DNA of 64,000 nucleotides from an uncultured Ignavibacteriales bacterium (GTDB lineage: Bacteria > Zixibacteria > MSB-5A5 > GN15 > FEB-12): NCBI GenBank assembly GCA_964397415.1, contig CAYNIJ010000005.1:110580-174579 (forward strand), written 5' to 3'. The notes beneath the pieces were generated by a model. The model did no database searches and was not told the origin of the DNA. It worked only from the letters and a program-made list of their open reading frames with translations. Position 1 is the stretch's first letter, and each line of letters opens with the position of its first letter. The position numbers were made by a program, and so were the translations under genes. Positions 1-9,913 of the stretch are shown here, one piece after another.

Positions 1-77
1 AGAGTCAGGGAGAAATCCTTTAATCCCCAGACTCCCCCCTTGTACTGTTTGGAGAGATTCTTTATCTCAAGTTGCAT
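1..77 (-). CDS. ABC transporter ATP-binding protein, N-terminal fragment (continues off the window start)
   Basis: Too short for the ORF track. Minus-strand ATG at 77-75 reads MQLEIKNLSKQYKGGVWGLKDFSLT..., a typical ABC ATPase N-terminus. A purine-rich GGTGGG lies about 10 nt upstream. Confidence 0.5.
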   Translation of the reverse strand, partial: MQLEIKNLSKQYKGGVWGLKDFSLT

Positions 78-173
78 GAATGAGAGTCCCACCGTTCGGT
101 TGTTTTCTCTTCTGTACGGAGAATTCGCGAATCGGATACAAAGAAAATGTGCGGAACCGTTCATGGACGGTCC

Positions 174-212
174 GCTCAAAACGCGAAGGGCTGCCCATTC
201 GGGCAGCCCTTC
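174..212 (-). terminator. Rho-independent terminator downstream of the S41 peptidase gene
   Basis: Perfect 12-bp stem GAAGGGCTGCCC / GGGCAGCCCTTC (185-196 / 201-212) with loop ATTC. On the minus strand it is followed by GCGTTTTGAG. Confidence 0.6.
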
Positions 213-247
213 AACGAACATGGAAGTATATGTATGAAGACCGAATC

Positions 248-1609
248 TCAGTTGGCCGACTGTTTCGGGAAACTCTTCTCGCGACCGTCCTTGAAGATCG
301 CAATCGCTCCGGTGACCGCGCCGGAGCTGTCCCGCTCAAACTTGAGTCGCACATAGTCCCCGCTATTGCCGCCGAACATGAACAGATCGCGGGTCATGGC
401 GATCAACGGGAATTTCGGCCCACCCTGACGCTGTGAAAAAAGCGCGCCATTCTCAAAGGTTATCGCGCGCGGCCCATAAGTACCGGCGCATGCGGCGAGT
501 TCGGCCTCCGTCGACTTGGGCGGATTAGCCTCTGCCTCAATGCGAGCGGCAAGCCATGTGTATTCACGCTTCAGCTCTTCTCTTGGGGTGGTCTCCTGCA
601 TCTTCTTGAATGCGTCCAATTGGGCCGCTACCAACGCCTGATCCGCGGGAACATCGATATCCGGCTTTACACCGACTCCCTCCCAGTTGGTGCCGGTGAT
701 CGGATTGATCGCCCGCGCGTACGGTACACGCATTGAGACCTTCAGATTCGGAAACGCATACTCATTTACCGGATGCGCGCCACCGCCGGTCGTTTCGCCG
801 ACAATGGTGGCTCGTTTGAGATTTTTCAGGTTATAACTGAACTCTTCAGCGGCTGAGAATGTGAAGTGGCTGGTCAGCACGTAGATCGGGATATCAGTCA
901 TCTTCTTGCCGACCACGCCAAGGCTGGTCCAGAATTGCTTCAGCGTATCGTTCCCGCGCTCTTCGAAGCTATTTAGATGGACGGAGTTCTTAAAAAAGTA
1001 ACTGGAAATAAGTTGGATCATGGTTGGATCGCCGCCGCCATTCTCTCGCAGATCAATTATCAGCGCGTCGGTGTTGGCTAGGAACCCCATCGCCGCAATG
1101 GCGGTCGGTCCGGCGATATCTGTCGGCGTAAAGCCCATCAGATTGAGATACCCGATATTCCCCGGGAGTATCTCCAGTCTCTTAAATCCATAATTGGCCC
1201 GACGTTCGGATTCCAAGTACTCTTTCTCCATCTCCGGCGAAATAGAGTCCCCTGCTGGACGTGGGTTCGGGTCAAATCGCACGCCAAAGTGTCCGTCCTT
1301 GCAGACCTCGCGAAGGTCATTATGCAGCGCCATCAGGAATGGAACGGTGGTCTTGAACTCTTTGTACCCACCGGCTTTCAGTTTCTTGCGCGCCGCGGCC
1401 TCCATCTTTTTGGCGACATCAGGAAATACGTACGCTCGATTGACGAATACGGAGACACTGTCGATGATCTCGGCCTTGCGAGTATCTGTGATCGGCTCAT
1501 CCTGCCCCCCGGCCACCATTTGCTGACCGCTAGCAATGTCCGCGGCGCCAATGAAGCAAGCTACGATAAGGCTCGCCAACATGATCACCCGAGTCGCGTA
1601 CGTTTTCAT
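248..1609 (-). CDS. S41 family peptidase (tail-specific / IRBP-like), secreted
   Basis: The translation shows S41-type features (GYLNL...GFT, IIDLRENGGG, TSHFTFSAAEEF) and an N-terminal signal peptide. I moved the start to the ATG at 1609 (MKTYATRV...), which is preceded by AAGGAG; the ORF-track start at 1636 is GTG. Confidence 0.8.
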   Translation of the reverse strand: MKTYATRVIMLASLIVACFIGAADIASGQQMVAGGQDEPITDTRKAEIIDSVSVFVNRAYVFPDVAKKMEAAARKKLKAGGYKEFKTTVPFLMALHNDLREVCKDGHFGVRFDPNPRPAGDSISPEMEKEYLESERRANYGFKRLEILPGNIGYLNLMGFTPTDIAGPTAIAAMGFLANTDALIIDLRENGGGDPTMIQLISSYFFKNSVHLNSFEERGNDTLKQFWTSLGVVGKKMTDIPIYVLTSHFTFSAAEEFSYNLKNLKRATIVGETTGGGAHPVNEYAFPNLKVSMRVPYARAINPITGTNWEGVGVKPDIDVPADQALVAAQLDAFKKMQETTPREELKREYTWLAARIEAEANPPKSTEAELAACAGTYGPRAITFENGALFSQRQGGPKFPLIAMTRDLFMFGGNSGDYVRLKFERDSSGAVTGAIAIFKDGREKSFPKQSAN

Positions 1610-1632
1610 ACTAATCTCCTTTTTGCTCCCTG

Positions 1633-2607
1633 TCACCTTTTTCGCTTTTTATTCCCGCGTAATTCTAATCTCATTTTGATCGATGGCCGATGGTGCTCGT
1701 CGTGCTTCGGGTCAACCGGCACCTCTACAAACCCGGTTGACCGATACAGATTGGTCGCCGCGGTCAATTTCGGGTTGGTGTGCAGGAAGACGGCCGATGC
1801 CCCCTTCTGTCTGGCAAAGTCAAGAGCGACCGCCAGGAGACACCGTCCCACCTGCTGCCCCTGAGCCTTCGGGATCACTCCCATCTTTCCGAGCTTGAAT
1901 TCTTTCGGTCCTCGCTTGAACAAAGCACAGGTTCCGACCACCTCGCCATCCAATTTGGCAAAAAACACCATCCCCCCCTTGTTTATGATCTTCCCGACCG
2001 GATCATTCAGGATCACCTCATCGGATGGCTCCACTGAGAAATACTTCTCCAGCCACTCAACTGTGATAGACTTAAAGTATTTCTTGAAGGATGGTCTGTA
2101 TTCCACTACTTCGATTGAATCCAATCGACGATCCTGTAGCCGGGTCATCACCCGCTGATACATATCCGTTCGGTCAAGTTCCTTCTCGATCCTGGACAGC
2201 ATCGTCAGCAGATCCTTCCCCGCCGATCTCAGCAGTTCCCGGTTAGCCGCCTCGATCTCTTCCCAGACTGGCGTCAACCGCTTGACCACTTCCTTCGCTT
2301 TGGGGGTCAGGCTGAGCATCCGTTGCCGTTCATCCGCTTTGGCTTTCTGGCCGACCAGAAGCCCCCGCTTGACCATCGCGTCCGCTATCTGATTGATCGC
2401 AGGATGCGTCAGGCCAAGTGCCCGGGCGATCGCCGTCACATTCATGGTCCCTTCCTGATTGAGCAGGTAGGTGACCGCAAACCAGCGCGGCTCGAATTCC
2501 ACCTGCTGGGCATCGTAGACTCGCGTGACATCGCGCATCAATCGCTCGCTGAGCCGTCGAAGCCGACTTCCCAGGGCCAGCGGCCCCAGTTCCTTGATCA
2601 GGTCCAT
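1633..2607 (-). CDS. MarR-type HTH regulator fused to a GNAT N-acetyltransferase domain
   Basis: The N-terminal half looks like a MarR winged helix (AIARALGLTHPAINQIADAMVKRGLL). The C-terminal half looks GNAT (QGQQVGRCLL, acetyl-CoA loop). Confidence 0.75.
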   Translation of the reverse strand: MDLIKELGPLALGSRLRRLSERLMRDVTRVYDAQQVEFEPRWFAVTYLLNQEGTMNVTAIARALGLTHPAINQIADAMVKRGLLVGQKAKADERQRMLSLTPKAKEVVKRLTPVWEEIEAANRELLRSAGKDLLTMLSRIEKELDRTDMYQRVMTRLQDRRLDSIEVVEYRPSFKKYFKSITVEWLEKYFSVEPSDEVILNDPVGKIINKGGMVFFAKLDGEVVGTCALFKRGPKEFKLGKMGVIPKAQGQQVGRCLLAVALDFARQKGASAVFLHTNPKLTAATNLYRSTGFVEVPVDPKHDEHHRPSIKMRLELRGNKKRKR

Positions 2608-2656
2608 TGATTCCCCGTTTCTTGCCCGCGACCCCGGCGGGTCGCTTGAGCTATTT

Positions 2657-2674
2657 TACGTAAGTGCTTACATA
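2657..2674. promoter_or_regulatory. Imperfect 18-bp palindrome, candidate MarR operator
   Basis: TACGTAAGTGCTTACATA (GTAAG-TG-CTTAC core) lies about 50 nt upstream of the MarR-GNAT start codon. Confidence 0.3.
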
Positions 2675-2754
2675 TTTGTTTCCGCAGTTTTGCGAACCTG
2701 CAAGCCCCAACATAGCGGCTGGAAACGACGAAAGCTACCTAGTTATTCGGATGC

Positions 2755-4212
2755 TCATTGTACCCGACCCAGAATGCGCCGAATGGCCGCGCCGAGTCGC
2801 TCGGCGCTGGGCGGATCGTAATTGGACAGGACTATTATGATTGTTTTGGTCATCAGATCGCACTCTATAACGCCATTCACTCCGGGCGACCCACCCGCGA
2901 TCCCCATCCCTCCACTGGTCAAAGGCAGTACCGGCTCCTCTGTCTCCGCATGCGGATATTCACCCGTGATTATCCAGGACGCATACTTGCTATCAAGGAC
3001 CCTGCCGTCTCGAAGTGCCACGATGAACCTGTGCAGATCATCCGTGGTCGAATATCCGCCTCCCGCCGCGCTTCCCCGCGCTGGAAGCGTATAGATATTC
3101 GAGTGCCGTTTATCACTCCCATTCCCCCCTTCGGTCGTCTGCCCTACCGCTCGATTCGTGACAATCTCATCGAGCGCATAGGAATCAGTACTGGTCATGC
3201 CGGCCGGTCTGAAAATACGCTCTCTCACATAGTCGTAGTAGGAGATCCCTGTAACCGACTCAACGACCGCTCCGAGCAAGACATATGAACCGTTGGAATA
3301 CTTGCGGTCGGTTCCCGGTTCAAACCACAGCGGCTTGTCCGCGAAGAGCGGAATGTAATCAGCGTTCGTGCGAAACCTGTCTTTCGGGCTCTGCTCGAAC
3401 TCTTCACCAAAGAAATCTGGAATACCCGAAGTCATCTCGAGCAACTGCCGAATGGTCACTTTTCCTGCTACCTCTGGATTGGGATAGTTCTTCAGATACT
3501 TTCCAAATGGGCTATCTATAGTGAGCTTCCCCTGTTGCAAAAGTTGCCCGATCGCTATCTTGGTGAAGATCTTGTTGATTGACCCGAGATTGAACGTGGT
3601 TGAATCATTCACCGGCACCCCAAACCCTGCGTCTGCCATGCCGACAGAGATCCGCACCAGTGGCTTCTCATCCCGGATCACCAGCACGTTCCCCGAAAAC
3701 TCATCTTCGCCCGCCAATGAATCCACCAACTGGCGTATCCTGTCGCCTGCCTCCTGCAGTGTGAGTGGAGTCTCCGGCTCTGAACTGACCGGCCCTTCCA
3801 TGAGCTCGATGCCGATTCCTGTTAGAAAATGTGGTGGCTCCGCTTCAAACCCAAATTCCATCCTCATCAATTCCTGGTTGGCATTGGAGGCGATGACCAC
3901 AACCATTGAGTCAGTGACCACGCGCGCTTCTTTGAGTGTCATCAAACGGATCTCTCGCCATATCTCCCGATACCTGCCCACTCTGACCTCTACAGGTCGC
4001 GCGGATTTTCCTTCAGCGCTGAGATTCGCTTCAAAATACTGCCGCATCGCGGCAGTATCCCCCGTATTGAAAGCCTCCACATATGCCAGTGCCCGCTCCC
4101 CGGTCTGGCTTTTTCGAAGCGTGTCGGCGGCGTCCTTCGGCTGGGCCAAAACCAAACTGGCCGCTGTCAGCACCAGTGCCGCGACACTCCAGATATATCG
4201 ATTATGTCTCAT
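2755..4212 (-). CDS. Serine hydrolase, beta-lactamase (class C-like) family, secreted
   Basis: SxxK motif (SINK), YSN motif (KYSNGSY) and a signal peptide. Start chosen at the second ATG (MRHNRYIW), which follows GGGAG; the ORF-track start is 4224. Confidence 0.8.
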   Translation of the reverse strand: MRHNRYIWSVAALVLTAASLVLAQPKDAADTLRKSQTGERALAYVEAFNTGDTAAMRQYFEANLSAEGKSARPVEVRVGRYREIWREIRLMTLKEARVVTDSMVVVIASNANQELMRMEFGFEAEPPHFLTGIGIELMEGPVSSEPETPLTLQEAGDRIRQLVDSLAGEDEFSGNVLVIRDEKPLVRISVGMADAGFGVPVNDSTTFNLGSINKIFTKIAIGQLLQQGKLTIDSPFGKYLKNYPNPEVAGKVTIRQLLEMTSGIPDFFGEEFEQSPKDRFRTNADYIPLFADKPLWFEPGTDRKYSNGSYVLLGAVVESVTGISYYDYVRERIFRPAGMTSTDSYALDEIVTNRAVGQTTEGGNGSDKRHSNIYTLPARGSAAGGGYSTTDDLHRFIVALRDGRVLDSKYASWIITGEYPHAETEEPVLPLTSGGMGIAGGSPGVNGVIECDLMTKTIIIVLSNYDPPSAERLGAAIRRILGRVQ

Positions 4213-4433
4213 TACCACTCCCATTTTGATCGCAGGTGTAGTCTTTGTTGATGTGAATTTCCGTTCCTAACATACCGGGGCAGCCCGGTTGAGAGGAGTT
4301 AATTAGTGTTAACGGACCGCCCCGTATCTCTGCGCACGGGAGGCTTGACATCGTCGGGATTTTTCCCCTCTTTCCACCTCAGCTTGACCCGCATTGTACC
4401 GGGTCCCCACGTCAAACCGAATAGAAAGAGCGT

Positions 4434-6113
4434 ATGGCCGATAAGTTCATTTTTACCATGTTGCGCCTGAACAAGTTCTACGGACAGAAACAGGTGCTCA
4501 AAGAGATCAACCTCAGCTTTTTCCCCGGCGCCAAGATCGGCATTGTCGGTGAAAACGGCTCCGGCAAATCGACCGTCCTCAAGATCATGGCTGGCATGGA
4601 TGACCACTTCCAGGGGACCGCGGAGATCACTCCCGGCTACAAACGGGGTATCGTCCCACAGGAACCGCATCTCGATGAAGCTGCCACAGTGAAGCAAAAT
4701 CTCGAAGCATCCTTTGGCGAGATTCAAAAACTGATGGCCGAATATGACGCCATCACCGCCAAACTGGCCGAGCCACTCTCCGATGCCGAGATGGACAAGG
4801 CGATGACCCGCATGGGCGAATTGCAGGACAAACTTGATGCCGCCGACGCCTGGAATCTTGACCAGAAGATCAACCGCGTTGCCGACGCGCTCTGCCTTCC
4901 CGACGATAACCGCTCGGTCGCCACGCTCTCCGGCGGTGAGAAACGACGTGTCGCGCTCTGCAAGATCCTCCTCGAACAGCCGGATCTTGTCCTGCTCGAC
5001 GAGCCAACCAACCATCTCGATGCCGAAACAGTTGACTGGCTCGAAGCGCAATTGAAAGACTATCCCGGCACGGTCATCATCGTGACCCACGACCGCTACT
5101 TCCTCGATAACATCACTCGGTGGATCCTTGAACTGGAGAACGGCAAAGGGATCCCGTGGGAAGGGAACTACACGTCCTGGCTGGAGCAGAAACTCCAGAG
5201 ACTGGCCGGTGAAGCGGCTCAGGAATCTCCCCGCCGCAAGATGCTCGAGCGCGAACTTGCCTGGATCCGGATGAGCAACAAAGATCGCCACGAGATGTCG
5301 CGCATTCGCCTCGCCGAATACGAACAATTGGTCGCGAAAGAGACTGCCGCGTCCAAAGACGAGAACCATGTCATCACTATCGCCCCGGCTCCACATCTTG
5401 GCGACCAGGTCGTGGAATTCGACAATGTCTCCAAAGGTTACGGCGACAACCTACTCATCAAAGAGATGAGCTTCAAACTGCCGAAAGCGGCCGTGGTTGG
5501 AGTGATCGGCCCAAACGGCGCCGGAAAAACCACACTCTTCAAAATGATCACCGGCGACGAAAAGCCGGATAGCGGCACAGTCAGCGTCGGCCCGACTGTC
5601 AAGCTCGCGTATGTTGAACAGATGCGCGATTCGCTGAACAGCGATCTGCCGGTGATACAGGCGGTCTGCGGCGGCGACGGTGACATTCCATTTGGTAATC
5701 GTACTGTCCCGGCGCGGCAATATCTCGCACGCTTCGGCTTCAAGGGTGCCGACCAACAGAAATCAGTGCAGGCGCTCTCCGGTGGCGAACGAAACCGCGC
5801 CCACCTCGCGCAGATCCTCAAGTCCGGTGGCAACCTGATCCTTCTCGACGAACCGACCAACGACCTCGATGTCAACACACTCCGCTTGCTTGAAGAAGCT
5901 ATCCTTGCTTTTTCTGGATGCGCCATGATCATCAGCCACGATCGCTTCTTCCTCAACCGCGTGTGTACACACCTGCTGGTGTTCGAGGGCGAAGGAAATG
6001 TCAGATGGTTTGAAGGGAACTACCAGGAATACGAAGAGTGGCGCATGAAAGAACTTGGCAGCGGACTTTTCGAGAACCGACGGAACCGCTATCGCAAACT
6101 GACCCGCATCTAA
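4434..6113 (+). CDS. ettA: Energy-dependent translational throttle protein EttA (ABC-F ATPase)
   Basis: Collinear over its full length with E. coli EttA as I remember it. It has two ABC cassettes plus HDRYFLDN and GNYxxWLEQK. Confidence 0.9.
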   Translation: MADKFIFTMLRLNKFYGQKQVLKEINLSFFPGAKIGIVGENGSGKSTVLKIMAGMDDHFQGTAEITPGYKRGIVPQEPHLDEAATVKQNLEASFGEIQKLMAEYDAITAKLAEPLSDAEMDKAMTRMGELQDKLDAADAWNLDQKINRVADALCLPDDNRSVATLSGGEKRRVALCKILLEQPDLVLLDEPTNHLDAETVDWLEAQLKDYPGTVIIVTHDRYFLDNITRWILELENGKGIPWEGNYTSWLEQKLQRLAGEAAQESPRRKMLERELAWIRMSNKDRHEMSRIRLAEYEQLVAKETAASKDENHVITIAPAPHLGDQVVEFDNVSKGYGDNLLIKEMSFKLPKAAVVGVIGPNGAGKTTLFKMITGDEKPDSGTVSVGPTVKLAYVEQMRDSLNSDLPVIQAVCGGDGDIPFGNRTVPARQYLARFGFKGADQQKSVQALSGGERNRAHLAQILKSGGNLILLDEPTNDLDVNTLRLLEEAILAFSGCAMIISHDRFFLNRVCTHLLVFEGEGNVRWFEGNYQEYEEWRMKELGSGLFENRRNRYRKLTRI

Positions 6114-6124
6114 GTGCCGAATTC

Positions 6125-6156
6125 AGAGACCTGATCGATTGCCCGGTCAGGTCTCT
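6125..6156. terminator. Hairpin between convergent ettA and yihY
   Basis: Perfect 10-bp stem AGAGACCTGA / TCAGGTCTCT with a 12-nt loop. The U-tract is weak on both strands. Confidence 0.45.
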
Positions 6157-6159
6157 CTA

Positions 6160-7095
6160 TCAACTCGCATTGGCATCTTTGTTCGCTGCTTCTCGAAGTT
6201 CCTTGTACGTTTGCCCGATCAGTGCTCCAACGATAAAGACCAACGACGAATAGTAGATCCAGAGCCCGAGCATCACCGCCACCACATACGCGCCGTAAAT
6301 CTTCTTCAGGCTGGAGGTATGCAGGACATACCATCCAAACGCTTCTTTAGCCAGAAACCAGAGAACAGTCGCGGACAGCGCGGCGATCATCACGACTCGC
6401 ATCGGTTGTCGCCGCTGTGGCACAGCCAGATAAAGAGTGGCATACCCTCCCAAAATCAACACGACTGTCACTACCTGAAACAGGTAGCGCTGAGCCATTT
6501 CGAGATTGAATTTCTGAAGTACCTGTAGTCTGGATGCCAGCGTTAATCCGACATCGGTCAACGGAACTACGCCGATGGAAAGAACGAAATAGGCCATGAC
6601 AAGCAACACGACTCCCAGATCCCGAAACTTGCCATGGTAAATGCGCGCTCCCCCTTGCACCCGAAACGCCGCGTTCAATATGGTCCGCATGCTCGAAAAA
6701 AGACCACTCGAGGCCAGCAAAAGACCAAGAATACCTATTAGCCCGGCGGCGTTCTTGTAAATTCGAAATTCTTCCGCCCGCGCGAAAACCACCGACTTGA
6801 GGGAATCGGCGAACTGCTGATGTGGCACGGCCCGATCTATGAATTGCCCGATCTCCGCGATCAACGCCGTCTTTTCGAAAACCATCCCGAGTACCGAAAA
6901 CGCGATCAAGCCGAGCGGGATTATGCAGAACAAGAACGAAAACGCCAGCCCTCCGGACATGAGGAACAGATGGTGCTCCTCCACCTTGTGGTACATAATA
7001 GTTATGAACCGCCAGATGCTCGACCAGATATGCTTCGCCTTTTTCATCTCAGCAAATATATCATTCAACAACCCCGGCCGCCAGATTTTTGCCAC
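6160..7095 (-). CDS. YihY/BrkB family inner-membrane protein
   Basis: A multi-pass membrane protein with the typical YihY layout (HHLFLMSGGLAFSFLF...). Confidence 0.75.
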   Translation of the reverse strand: MAKIWRPGLLNDIFAEMKKAKHIWSSIWRFITIMYHKVEEHHLFLMSGGLAFSFLFCIIPLGLIAFSVLGMVFEKTALIAEIGQFIDRAVPHQQFADSLKSVVFARAEEFRIYKNAAGLIGILGLLLASSGLFSSMRTILNAAFRVQGGARIYHGKFRDLGVVLLVMAYFVLSIGVVPLTDVGLTLASRLQVLQKFNLEMAQRYLFQVVTVVLILGGYATLYLAVPQRRQPMRVVMIAALSATVLWFLAKEAFGWYVLHTSSLKKIYGAYVVAVMLGLWIYYSSLVFIVGALIGQTYKELREAANKDANAS

Positions 7096-7154
7096 TCACC
7101 ATATCTTGCCGGAAAGGGCTTGTGTCTGCAGGACAGAATTGTATCTTCGACCGC

Positions 7155-7913
7155 ATGCTTGAGCCATTTTATAAGTTCACTACGATCGCCGAACGGCCCG
7201 ATCTTGAGCCCAAGATCCACGACCTGACCAGCGCCTCCTGGCCTGGCTTCATGTATGAGAACGAGGTCGCCAACGTCAATTTCAAGTACCTCTTCTCCGA
7301 CTTCCCGCAGTACCAATTCGCCCTGGTCGATACTCGCGATGACTCAGTCGTCGCTCAGGGAAACTCCATCAGCTTCCACTGGGATCACCCGATCGAACAA
7401 CTTCCCGATGAAGGCTGGGAGTGGGTTATTTTGAAGGGAATCGAGGATCTCCGCGCCGGACGAACCCCCAATTGTCAATCTGCCTTGCAGATCTGCATTA
7501 GCTCGGGTTTGCGAAGCAAAGGAGTCAGCGGCGAAGTCGTCAAGTTTATGCGAAGCCTTGGCGGAAGGAACGGTATTCCCCATATGGTCGCGCCGGTCCG
7601 CCCGAATCGGAAAGCTGATTATCCGCTCGTTTCGATGGATGACTACATAACATGGAAAACCGATGAAGGCCTTCCCTTCGATGCCTGGATGCGCGTCCAT
7701 GCCCGCCTCGGCGCGCGCGTCGTTTCAGTTTGTCACAAAGCGTTTTGGGTGAAAAATACGATCGCCAACTGGGAGAAATGGACCGGCCTGTCATTCAAAC
7801 AGTCTGGTTCGTACACAATTCCTGGAGCGCTGAATCCGATCGAGATTGATATGAAGGCTGACCTCGGGGTCTACTGCGAACCGAACGTCTGGATGTATCA
7901 TCCCCCTCGCTGA
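7155..7913 (+). CDS. Hypothetical protein, possibly GNAT-fold acyltransferase
   Basis: RSKGVSG resembles the R/Q-x-x-G-x-G/A acetyl-CoA loop. Start placed at the ATG at 7155 (MLEPFYKF). The 7089 start would overlap the divergent yihY. Confidence 0.45.
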   Translation: MLEPFYKFTTIAERPDLEPKIHDLTSASWPGFMYENEVANVNFKYLFSDFPQYQFALVDTRDDSVVAQGNSISFHWDHPIEQLPDEGWEWVILKGIEDLRAGRTPNCQSALQICISSGLRSKGVSGEVVKFMRSLGGRNGIPHMVAPVRPNRKADYPLVSMDDYITWKTDEGLPFDAWMRVHARLGARVVSVCHKAFWVKNTIANWEKWTGLSFKQSGSYTIPGALNPIEIDMKADLGVYCEPNVWMYHPPR

Positions 7914-7929
7914 AAAAGCAAGGCAATGA

Positions 7930-9042
7930 CTAGCGCCAATACGGCGCTAGTCGGCGTATCCCCTCTTCAATCTGCTCTGGCTTTGCGGCGAAGCTGACCC
8001 GCACATATTTTCTTCCTCGTTCGCCGAACGCCAGACCAGGTATCACCACCACATCTACTTCATCGCGAATCCGCAGAGCAAAGCCAATAGGATCATCGAT
8101 TGCCGACATTGGCAACTTCATGAAATGGTAGAATGATCCATCCGGCGGAGTCTCCTCGACTCCGAAATGTTCGCGCTTGGCCCTGCGAACTGCCTCCCAT
8201 CGCGCATTCAGCTCCATGCGCGCCGCGCGGTGTATCTCCTCGCTGTGCTCCACAAGCGCCAGCGCCGCTTTCTGCGCCACGTACGATGGTGAAGTAGTTG
8301 CATAACTATGCACCGTCCGGGCCGGGGCCAGAGTATCAGGACTCCCGACCATCCAACCCACCCGCAACCCCGGCGCCCCCCACCCTTTGCTGACAGAACT
8401 GACTACCACGCCGTATGTTGAAACTTCCCGAAGACTTGGTGGCCGCTTCTCAAAATAGAGATCGCGATAGACCTCGTCAGAAATCAGCAATATCCCACGC
8501 TCATGACATGCCTCAGCGATTTGCCGTAGGTCATCCGCCGTGCACCCTGCTCCCGTAGGATTCGACGGATGATTCACTATCACCGCCTTGACGTTCGGAT
8601 TGCCGAGCCGCGACAATAATTCGCCCGCGTTCAATCTGAATCTATTCGCTTGATCAAGCGGATAGTAATCCGGCTCCGCCTGCGAGAACCGTACTATATT
8701 GGGGTAGGTGACAAATCCGGGGTCCGGCAACAACACCTTGTCCCCCGGTCCCACCCACGACTGGATAAGTGAGAACAGACCACCGATCGACCCCTGCGTG
8801 ATCACCACTTCATCGAAGGTAACCCCGTAATACTTCGCGACCGCGTGTCGAAGTTCAGGCAGTCCTGTCCCCGCACCGTATGGCGCACGCCCAGACCAAT
8901 CACGCAATACTTTCTGCGCCGGCTCCGGCAGATCCCAGGTCGGCTCGCCAATCCCCAACGGTATCGCGGTTGGTCGAGCCCCTTCCGCTATCTGACGGAT
9001 CAGGCTGATATCCAGCGACCCTATACGCGATGCCCGCTCCAT
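7930..9042 (-). CDS. Class I/II PLP-dependent aminotransferase (aromatic/aspartate type), last gene of the aro operon
   Basis: Aminotransferase motifs (NPSNPTG, SKGWGAPGLRVGW). Start placed at MERASRIG, 5 nt after the tyrA stop. Confidence 0.8.
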   Translation of the reverse strand: MERASRIGSLDISLIRQIAEGARPTAIPLGIGEPTWDLPEPAQKVLRDWSGRAPYGAGTGLPELRHAVAKYYGVTFDEVVITQGSIGGLFSLIQSWVGPGDKVLLPDPGFVTYPNIVRFSQAEPDYYPLDQANRFRLNAGELLSRLGNPNVKAVIVNHPSNPTGAGCTADDLRQIAEACHERGILLISDEVYRDLYFEKRPPSLREVSTYGVVVSSVSKGWGAPGLRVGWMVGSPDTLAPARTVHSYATTSPSYVAQKAALALVEHSEEIHRAARMELNARWEAVRRAKREHFGVEETPPDGSFYHFMKLPMSAIDDPIGFALRIRDEVDVVVIPGLAFGERGRKYVRVSFAAKPEQIEEGIRRLAPYWR

Positions 9043-9046
9043 CGGT

Positions 9047-9913
9047 CTACTTTTTCCCCCGCTTGCTCGCCTTGTGCGCCTGCTTGACATATTGCGCCAG
9101 AGCATCGGAGTCCGGCTTGTTGATCAGTTTGCGAAGTTTCGCGAGCTCCGATTCCATTTGAGAAATTGCCTTGGTCACTTCGGCCCGATTACTCTGCAAG
9201 AGATTCTTCGTGAGTTCAGGCGAGGACTTCGCAACCCGCGTCGCGCTCTTGAGGCTCCCTCCCGCCAGACGCCACAGCAGTTTGTCGCTCTGCCCGGTTT
9301 CAGCAGTCACCTGAACTAGCGCTGTCGCGATCGCATATGGCAAATGGCTGGTCTGCGCCAGCAATCGGTCATGCCGTTTTGCGCCGATCATCAGCGGCAC
9401 GCCGCCGAGGGACTGTATCATCTGTTTGACCAGTCGTACTTGCGAAGGTTTGGCGCTTGTCGCGGGAGTCATGGTGATGATCTTCTTCTCGAACAACCCC
9501 GCTGTCGCCGACTCTATTCCCTCTCCCTCCGTTCCCGCGATCGGGTGAAGGCTCACATACCCCGCGAGTGGCTTCAGTCGCTCCACCGCCTGAAGTATCT
9601 CGACTTTGGTACTCGCAACATCAACGCAAAGACTGCCAGCCGGAAGCATCTCAAGTACCGAGGGCAATAGCCGAAGAGTCACATCGATCGGTGTCGCCAA
9701 TATCACGATTTCCGCGGAGCTCAATCCTGCTCGAAGGTTCGCCACCGTTTGGTCGACCGCGCCTCGTTCCTGGGCGCGAGCCATAACCGCTTTGTGCGAA
9801 TCGAATCCGACAACTCGCGCCACAATTCGCCGTCCCACCAGATCCAGCCCTATCGAGCCACCGATCTGACCAAGACCGACCGTGAGCGCGGTCATCTCGC
9901 CAAGCTTTTTCAT
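9047..9913 (-). CDS. tyrA: Prephenate dehydrogenase
   Basis: Rossmann motif VGLGQIGGS and a prephenate dehydrogenase-like C-terminal half. ATGA overlap with the aroF stop. Confidence 0.8.
   Translation of the reverse strand: MKKLGEMTALTVGLGQIGGSIGLDLVGRRIVARVVGFDSHKAVMARAQERGAVDQTVANLRAGLSSAEIVILATPIDVTLRLLPSVLEMLPAGSLCVDVASTKVEILQAVERLKPLAGYVSLHPIAGTEGEGIESATAGLFEKKIITMTPATSAKPSQVRLVKQMIQSLGGVPLMIGAKRHDRLLAQTSHLPYAIATALVQVTAETGQSDKLLWRLAGGSLKSATRVAKSSPELTKNLLQSNRAEVTKAISQMESELAKLRKLINKPDSDALAQYVKQAHKASKRGKK

Noticed and set aside
40-436. Plus-strand ORFs at the window start (40-237, 80-436, 147-356).
   Set aside because: They overlap a strong terminator hairpin, the 3' end of the S41 peptidase gene and the minus-strand ABC ATPase start. 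None resembles any protein family.
4299-5396. Long antisense ORFs: 4299-5396, 3521-4270, 16316-17296, 21929-22513, 31350-32102, 32978-33679, 34410-35387, 35794-36498, 43457-44362, 45311-46663 and 50204-51124.
   Set aside because: Each lies fully opposite a confidently identified gene (ettA, ABC ATPase, M24, gnd, tkt, pgi, rpe, the fusion oxidoreductase, rocD). The translations are low-complexity and Arg/Gly/Asp-rich. These are typical shadow ORFs of GC-rich DNA.
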